Below the pieces are notes generated by a model, which did not search any database, was not told the origin of the DNA, and worked only from the letters and a program-made list of their open reading frames with translations. 64,000 bases of DNA from positions 3,530 to 67,529 of the forward strand of contig QHSI01000133.1 in assembly GCA_003221515.1 (NCBI GenBank), read 5' to 3'. The DNA comes from Candidatus Rokuibacteriota bacterium. GTDB lineage: Bacteria; Methylomirabilota; Methylomirabilia; Rokubacteriales; CSP1-6. This document shows positions 56,757 to 64,000 of the stretch, piece by piece (the first letter of the stretch is position 1; each line of letters starts with the position of its first letter). The position numbers were made by a program, and so were the translations under genes.

Positions 56757-57551
56757 TCATCGCGCCCGGCACCACGCGAGGTGACTCAGGTCCGACAGGA
56801 AGGTGTCACGAGCCTCGAGGACTTCGAACCCGGCGCGCCCGAGCGCGTCGTGGAATTCGGCGGTGCTGAGGTAGCGGTGCTCGCAGTCGCGGAAGCGCTC
56901 GAAGAGCGCCGTCGGCAAGAGCCAGCGCAGGGCGCGCACGGCGGCGCCGAGCCCCTTGGCGGCCCACAGCTCACGGAACGTCCGGATCACGCTCGCCGGC
57001 CGCCCGTAGGTCAGGAACACGGCGTGCCCGCCCGCCCGGAGCGCGCTCCGGCAACCCTCCAGCAGCGCCGCGGGTTGGGGATGCCAGTAGAGCGTGTGCA
57101 TGCTCACCAGCACGTCGAAGTTCCCCGCGCCCGGCACGGGATCCCGCGAGATGTCGAGGTGCTGAAAGGTCATGGTCGCGCGACGTTCTGCGGTCTTCTC
57201 ACGCGCGATCTCGACCAGATGCCGGACGCCGTCGATCCCGACGACCGAGTACCCCTCGCGGGCGAGCCGGATGCTGACGTTGCCGATCCCGCACGCGACG
57301 TCGAGCACGCGGATGGAGCGGGGCGTGGCCTCGGCGGAGACCGAGCGGCCGACGAACCCCACGACCTCCTCGACCATCGCCTCGTAGGCAGGAAAGCGCC
57401 TGACGATGGCGTCGTACGTGACGCCATACGTGACGGCGATCATGTGCTCCATCGCATCCCGAACCGGCATTCGAGCCCCCGCCTTCTCCTTCGGCGCGCC
57501 CGCGGCGACGCCGGTGAGAGGCTGCGATGAGTACGGCGCGTCCTGGTCCAC
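56757..57551 (-). CDS. Class I SAM-dependent methyltransferase (start uncertain)
   Basis: VLDVACGIGN; VGID; FDVLVSMHTLY; LRAGG. Confidence 0.88.
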   Translation of the reverse strand: MDQDAPYSSQPLTGVAAGAPKEKAGARMPVRDAMEHMIAVTYGVTYDAIVRRFPAYEAMVEEVVGFVGRSVSAEATPRSIRVLDVACGIGNVSIRLAREGYSVVGIDGVRHLVEIAREKTAERRATMTFQHLDISRDPVPGAGNFDVLVSMHTLYWHPQPAALLEGCRSALRAGGHAVFLTYGRPASVIRTFRELWAAKGLGAAVRALRWLLPTALFERFRDCEHRYLSTAEFHDALGRAGFEVLEARDTFLSDLSHLAWCRAR

Positions 57552-58343
57552 TTAGATACCGGTCCTCTTCCTCGCCCACACCAGGAGGCTGGCGCCCGTG
57601 AGAAACGTCCGGCGCATCTCCAGCACCGTGAACCCCGCCCGCCGGACGTGCGCCGAGAACGCGTCTTCGGTCCAGTAGTGCGGCCCGATCCGAATGCGGA
57701 CCGCCTCGAAGATCGAGTTGGGCAGTACCCACAGAAGACAGTGGAGCGCGGCCCGCCACCCGTCGCGCCGAGCGACTTCTCGCAGCGTCGACCAGCATCC
57801 GACCAGCCGCGTGTGGTTCACGAACACGGCATGGCCGCCGGGCTTGAGCACCCGGTAGGCCTCCTGCAGCAACTTTTCGGGCGCCGGGTGCACGTACAGG
57901 GAGTGGATGTTGACGACCTGGTCGAAGGCGCCGTCGCGGAACGTGTTGCCCCGAGTCAGGTCGCCGTGTCGGAACCCGAGATTCGACAGGTGACGCGCCC
58001 GGCGCTTTTCTTTCGCGACTTCGACCAGCGCGCCGTAGGAATCGAGCCCGGTGACGGTGAATCCGGCCTCGGCGAGCGCGCACGTGAAGTTGCCGGGCCC
58101 GCACGCGACCTCCAGCACCTGGACGTCGCGACGGTCGCCGCACGACGGCGAACCCGCCTCGACCAGCTGCCGGACCTCGGTCTGGAGTCGCTGGTAGGGC
58201 GTGAAGCGTTCGTAGACGTAGTCGTAGACGACACCGTAGGCGACCGAGAGCATCCGGTCCAATCCCCAACGGATCGCGCCGACCGCCGAGCCCATGGTAA
58301 TCCTCGTACCCCGCGTGTGCGCCGCGGGCGCCATCGACGACAC
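57552..58343 (-). CDS. Class I SAM-dependent methyltransferase
   Basis: VLEVACGPGN; TGLD; FDQVVNIHSLY; RVLKPGG; paralogous to the adjacent methyltransferase. Confidence 0.9.
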   Translation of the reverse strand: MSSMAPAAHTRGTRITMGSAVGAIRWGLDRMLSVAYGVVYDYVYERFTPYQRLQTEVRQLVEAGSPSCGDRRDVQVLEVACGPGNFTCALAEAGFTVTGLDSYGALVEVAKEKRRARHLSNLGFRHGDLTRGNTFRDGAFDQVVNIHSLYVHPAPEKLLQEAYRVLKPGGHAVFVNHTRLVGCWSTLREVARRDGWRAALHCLLWVLPNSIFEAVRIRIGPHYWTEDAFSAHVRRAGFTVLEMRRTFLTGASLLVWARKRTGI

Positions 58344-58355
58344 GATGCGCGCCTC

Positions 58356-58736
58356 CTAGGCTTTGCTCGCGAGGACCTTGTCGACCGCCCCGCGAAGCTC
58401 TGACGGCGTGAAGGGCTTCAAGAGGATATAGTCGAATCCGAGGCGGGTCGCCTCGTTGATGATATCCGGCGTGCCGTGCGCCGTCATGAGCATGCACGCC
58501 ATGCGGGGGCGAGCGTGGCGTGCTTGTGCCAGCACGTCGAACCCGTTCATCCCGGGCATCTTGTAGTCGACCACCAGCAAGTCGAACGGCTCCTTACGAA
58601 CCAGGTCCACAGCCGTCTCGCCTCGGTTCGCCGCCTTGATCGAGTAGCCGAGAGCCTGGAGCACGTTCACGCAGAGAATGACGACAGGGCCGGCGTCGTC
58701 GACGACCAGGATCTTCGGTTTCACCGAATCGATCAC
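58356..58736 (-). CDS. Single-domain response regulator
   Basis: ILVVDD; VDYKMPGMNG; MTAHG; KPF. Confidence 0.93.
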   Translation of the reverse strand: MIDSVKPKILVVDDAGPVVILCVNVLQALGYSIKAANRGETAVDLVRKEPFDLLVVDYKMPGMNGFDVLAQARHARPRMACMLMTAHGTPDIINEATRLGFDYILLKPFTPSELRGAVDKVLASKA

Positions 58737-60298
58737 AGGCCCTCCATCGAAGGTTGAACGGCGGCGCTGGCCGCCGGCACGGACCGCAAGTCGAGGTGGT
58801 GGCTGATCTGCTCCAGGCGCGCCAGCGGGATCGTGCTGAAGGCGTCGGCGGCCCTCGGCTCGAACTGCGTGCCGGAGCCGCGCAGGATTTCGTCCATCGC
58901 CGTCGGCAGCGGTCGCTTGCTCCGATAGGGGCGGTCGGACGTCATCGCGTCGAACGCGTCGGCCACCGTCACGACGCGGGCGATGAGGGGGATGTCGTCG
59001 CCCTTGAGGCCGTCCGGATAGCCTTTGCCGTCGTAGCGTTCGTGGTGATGACGCACCGCTTTAGCCTCGCACGACAGAAACCGCAGTGGCTTCAGAATCT
59101 TGTCGCCGACCACCGGATGCGTGCGGATCAGCTCGAACTCTTCTTCGGTCAGCTGTCGCGGCTTGCGGAGGATGTTGTCCATGATGGCGAGCTTGCCGAG
59201 GTCGTGCAGCATCCCGGCGCGGCTCATCAGGACCACCTCGGCGGGCGGCACGCCCATGACCATGGCGAGCTCGCCGGAATAGAGCGACACGCGCGCCGAG
59301 TGGCCCTTGAGGTACGGATCCTTGGACTCCAGCGCAATGACGAACGACGAGATGGTGTCGATCAGGTTCTTTTCGAGGTTCTCGCGCAGGAGGATCTTCT
59401 GGAGCGCGACCGCGGTGGTCTGCGCGTAACCGAGCAAGAGCGCCTTCTCGTCGGGCAGGAAGGCGCCGTTCTCGCCGCCCCGGCCCATGCAGAGGATCCC
59501 CATCGCGTCGCCGACCCCGGGCACCAGCGCGGCGAGAGCTTCGAAGTTGTGCTCTCGCTTCGTCAACGTGAACGTCTCCTGGCCGCCGGTCTTGACGACG
59601 GCGCCGAACGAGGCCTGCAGCAGCGTCACGATCTGGCCGACGAGGCCGGGCTCGCCCCTGCGGCTGGCATTGAACTGGCCGGCCTGGTCTCGCAGCAGCA
59701 TGACCGCGCCGTCGCAGCGGAGGCTCTGCATCGTCTGCTCGAGAACCTTTTCGACGAAGACGCTCGGTTCGAGCCCCTGCAGCGCGATCTCGCCGATGCG
59801 CGAGAGCACTTCGACACCGGTCTGGCGCCGCGACAGCTCCTCCGTCAGTCCCGCGGGATAGTTGACGTTCCCGTTGCCGTCGGCCCGATCCCGCCGCAGG
59901 CGCGTGATGAGATCACGCACCTCGGTGACCGAGAACGGCTTCGGCAGGTAGTCGTACGCGCCGTGGCGCAGCCCGAACACCGCCGAGTTGACGGACGGCA
60001 CGCCGGTGATCAGCACGACCGGCGTCCCCGGCTGCTTGCCCTTGACGGCGCGGAGCAGGTCGAGGCCGCTCAGACCCGGCATCTTGATGTCGGACACCAC
60101 GAGGTCGAACGGATCGTCGCCCAGCTGATCGAGCGCCTGCTCCGCGGTCCCCGCGGTCGTGACCTGGCACTGGTTCGAGGAGAACGCCGAGGCGAGGAAG
60201 CGGAGCACCGAGGCGTTGTCGTCGACCAAGAGTACGCGCAGGCTCTCGATGGCCGCACCGCCCTTGGTTTCCGTCTGTGAATCAGTCTTGGTCGTCAC
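58733..60298 (-). CDS. REC / GAF-like / HD-GYP cyclic-dinucleotide phosphodiesterase
   Basis: VLLVDDN..SDIKMP; GHSARV; LHDLGK; RHHHERYDGKGYP; ADAFDAMTSDRPY. Confidence 0.93.
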   Translation of the reverse strand: MTTKTDSQTETKGGAAIESLRVLLVDDNASVLRFLASAFSSNQCQVTTAGTAEQALDQLGDDPFDLVVSDIKMPGLSGLDLLRAVKGKQPGTPVVLITGVPSVNSAVFGLRHGAYDYLPKPFSVTEVRDLITRLRRDRADGNGNVNYPAGLTEELSRRQTGVEVLSRIGEIALQGLEPSVFVEKVLEQTMQSLRCDGAVMLLRDQAGQFNASRRGEPGLVGQIVTLLQASFGAVVKTGGQETFTLTKREHNFEALAALVPGVGDAMGILCMGRGGENGAFLPDEKALLLGYAQTTAVALQKILLRENLEKNLIDTISSFVIALESKDPYLKGHSARVSLYSGELAMVMGVPPAEVVLMSRAGMLHDLGKLAIMDNILRKPRQLTEEEFELIRTHPVVGDKILKPLRFLSCEAKAVRHHHERYDGKGYPDGLKGDDIPLIARVVTVADAFDAMTSDRPYRSKRPLPTAMDEILRGSGTQFEPRAADAFSTIPLARLEQISHHLDLRSVPAASAAVQPSMEGL

Positions 60299-60307
60299 AA
60301 GCGCCCT

Positions 60308-61804
60308 CTACTTTGTCGCGCCGAGCTGGCTGAGGAACTCCAGCCATTGCCGGGACAGCCCATCCTTCGGGAAGCTGAGCGACTCGAGCACCGGGTGGTC
60401 GTCGTTGACCTGAGGCGCGGCCGGCTTCGCCGGCGCGACCGGTACCGCCGCCGCAACCGGCGCAGCGGGCGCAGCCGGCAGAGCGGGCGTGACCTGCACG
60501 ATGGGCTCCTCGATCGCCGGCGCCACCGACGCGGGCGGGGCCGGAGTCTCGATGCTGCCCTTGCTCGCCTGCGCGAAGAAGTAGGGGCGGCCGGCCGGCG
60601 CCTGCGGCTTCGCCCACACGGGGTGAGCGGGGGCCGGCGCCGGAACGATTGGCTCGGGTTCGACCGAGGCCTCGATGCGGACGGACGGCTCGGGGCTCAC
60701 GGCTTCGAGGGCGGACTCGATCGTCATCGTCTCCACAACCAGCTCGCTCACAGGCTCTGGCACGCGCGCCGGCGCGACCTCGGCGTGGACGGTGACCGTC
60801 TCGGCCTCGGTGCCGATGACGAAGGCCGGTCGTACGATTTCTTCCATCACGGCCTCGATCACGGAATGGGACGCACCGTTGAGCGGAGCTTCGAGCACGA
60901 ACGGAAGCGCGGCCGGAGCGGGCGCGCTGGTCACGATCTCGACCGGCGGCTCCACCATCACTGGCGGCTCGACCTTCACCGGAGCCTCGACCTCGACGGG
61001 CTGCTCCACCATCACCGGCGGCTCCACGTTCGTGGGTGGCTCAGCGGGAGCCGCAGCGGCGAACTGGAGAACCAGCGGCTCACGAACTGGCGGGGCCGCG
61101 ACCGGCGCGACCACCGGTGGCGCCGCGGGAACCTGAGCGACGGGCGCCGTGATCGGCGCCGGGACCACCGGCGTGACCGGAGAGGCGGCTTGCATGATCA
61201 GCGGAGCGAGCGACGCAACGAGGGGCGCGGCCGCCGCCATCACCGGTGCGGCAGCTGCGACCACCGGCACGGCAGCCGCGACGACCGGCGCAGCGGGCGC
61301 GGGAGACGGCGCGACGGCCTCGGCGGCGAGGACCCCTGGCGTCGACTTGCGGAGTCGCTCGACGAGATCGAAGTAGACGGCGGACGCGCCGTTCATCTCG
61401 AAGTGACGGAACTCGAGGCAGTCGATCTCGACGACGCTGAGCTGCTTGATCCTTCTCAGGAACGAGTCGGTGATCCGCTCGACGATGAACAGGATCCGCG
61501 GTGGTCTGGCGGCGGAGAGCTGCGCCATCGGATATAGGCGACGAATGGTGTCGGGGTACTCGAGACACCAGGAGTAGGCATCCATGACCCGGATGAGGAG
61601 GCCTTCGTCAGCGGTGAAGTCGAGGGCGATCAGCACGAGCGATCCCCTGGTGTCGAGCCCGACGAGGTCGATAGCCGCCTGGCCCAGCAGCAAGCGCGAG
61701 TCCACGATCTGCAGGCCGGGCTCGATGCCCTCGACATTCTCGGCCACCAGCTTCTCCAAGTCGCCGATGTCCTTGACTTCGAGCTTCCGAAACGTGGGTC
61801 TCAT
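60308..61804 (-). CDS. Hypothetical protein: NucS-like (apparently inactive) N-terminal domain, long Pro/Ala/Val/Glu linker, short C-terminal helix
   Basis: GGAG RBS; LEKLVAENVEGIEPGL..AIDLVGLDTRGSLVLIALD; low-complexity middle. Confidence 0.7.
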   Translation of the reverse strand: MRPTFRKLEVKDIGDLEKLVAENVEGIEPGLQIVDSRLLLGQAAIDLVGLDTRGSLVLIALDFTADEGLLIRVMDAYSWCLEYPDTIRRLYPMAQLSAARPPRILFIVERITDSFLRRIKQLSVVEIDCLEFRHFEMNGASAVYFDLVERLRKSTPGVLAAEAVAPSPAPAAPVVAAAVPVVAAAAPVMAAAAPLVASLAPLIMQAASPVTPVVPAPITAPVAQVPAAPPVVAPVAAPPVREPLVLQFAAAAPAEPPTNVEPPVMVEQPVEVEAPVKVEPPVMVEPPVEIVTSAPAPAALPFVLEAPLNGASHSVIEAVMEEIVRPAFVIGTEAETVTVHAEVAPARVPEPVSELVVETMTIESALEAVSPEPSVRIEASVEPEPIVPAPAPAHPVWAKPQAPAGRPYFFAQASKGSIETPAPPASVAPAIEEPIVQVTPALPAAPAAPVAAAVPVAPAKPAAPQVNDDHPVLESLSFPKDGLSRQWLEFLSQLGATK

Positions 61805-61934
61805 CGTTATCTCCCCTGGCCTCTCGGCTGCGAGCCTCGCTCCTGAACACAGCAAACGCGGGACCAAGGGTATGCACAGGAATAAATATAAGCGGAATAT
61901 GGAGATTTTCGATTTCCGGCTCGGCGCTCGAATG

Positions 61935-61949
61935 GCTGATTAGTTGCCA
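61935..61949 (-). promoter_or_regulatory. Sigma54 promoter candidate for the signalling operon
   Basis: Minus strand TGGCAACTAATCAGC, GG-N10-GC; TTCCGGAA palindromes upstream at 61976 and 62011. Confidence 0.55.
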
Positions 61950-62073
61950 AGATTTCTTCGGTCTAGCGAGAGGCATTCCGGAAAGCATTTACTTTCATAC
62001 ACTTGGGGTTTTCCGGAAGCCAGGATCGCGCGTGGCGAAGAACTCACCACTGGCGATGGACTGGTCGGGAAGG

Positions 62074-63423
<1,350 letters not shown>

Positions 63424-63570
63424 ATTGGCTAAAGTAGCTGATCCGCAGGGTACTTCGTCCAATTTCTTACCACCTGGAAGCGCCCCTGTCAGTCGTGTCC
63501 AAGCGCCGTCAGACCCCCACCGCAGGGACCGCCGGGTTTCCGGTTACTTCGTTACCAGCGATCGGGGATT

Positions 63571-64000
63571 TCAGTGGTGGCAGGTGACGCAGTCGAGCGG
63601 GGCCTTGGCTCCGCGCGTCGCGTTCTGCTCACGGTGGCACTCGATGCACCAGCCCATCGTGAGAGCCCGAGACGACGGTTTGAATCCGACTAGGACCTGC
63701 AGATCGTGGAGCAATGCCGGTCCGGTGTCGGCCCCGACGACGCGCATGCGCTCGATGGGGCCGTGGCAGGTCTGGCACGCGATGGGAAAGCGCACGTGCG
63801 GCGCGTGAGGGAAGAACGTGAACTCCGGCATCTTGAAGACGCGGACCCACGGGATCGGCTGGCCGCGCCGCGCGAAGTCGTGGAGCTTGGCGATCTCTGG
63901 ATTGTCCTGGGCGCCGATGATCTTGTGGCAGCCCATGCATCGCTCGACCGAGGGAAGCCCCGCGTACTCGGAGCGCCGCGCATCGGCGTGGCAGTACTGG
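63571..64000 (-). CDS. Pentahaem cytochrome c (ActA/QrcA-like), 5' end outside the window
   Basis: (C)QYCH; CMGCH; CQTCH; MGWCIECH; CVTCH; IPWVRV..P..F.H..H. Confidence 0.9.
   Translation of the reverse strand, partial: QYCHADARRSEYAGLPSVERCMGCHKIIGAQDNPEIAKLHDFARRGQPIPWVRVFKMPEFTFFPHAPHVRFPIACQTCHGPIERMRVVGADTGPALLHDLQVLVGFKPSSRALTMGWCIECHREQNATRGAKAPLDCVTCHH

Noticed and set aside
61936..61945. AACTAATCAG shared with the imuA promoter (36621-36630)
   Set aside because: Only a 10-nt match, with no second half-site here, and it lies inside a sigma54 motif; likely coincidence.

Overview
Very GC-rich, gene-dense bacterial chromosomal window. Gene style and repeat families suggest Candidatus Rokubacteria / Methylomirabilota (inference, not checked). 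It carries about 55 CDS and I could not support any rRNA, tRNA, CRISPR array or IS element. Core content: sigma54-linked exported proteins and a di-haem oxidoreductase, hopanoid C-3 methylase HpnR, PhoD, a three-gene aldehyde oxidoreductase (FeS-FAD-AOR), gntK-pgl-zwf, serA, the imuA-imuB-dnaE2 mutagenesis cassette, ettA, rnd, metH, a long minus-strand signalling operon (49.4-63.4 kb) and a partial pentahaem cytochrome c. Main features the ORF track misses: (1) a UGA-recoded UGSC selenoprotein with a SECIS-like hairpin that joins two separately called ORFs into one 534-aa protein; (2) a 423-aa LAGLIDADG intein in DnaE2; (3) a candidate operator palindrome inside the imuA promoter; (4) two 18-bp divergent leaderless promoters of identical geometry; (5) a ~50-bp dispersed repeat that also sits in-frame inside a protein; (6) four genes broken by internal deletions; (7) a GNAT/methyltransferase/7TM-kinase operon accompanied by two paralogous unknown secreted proteins.
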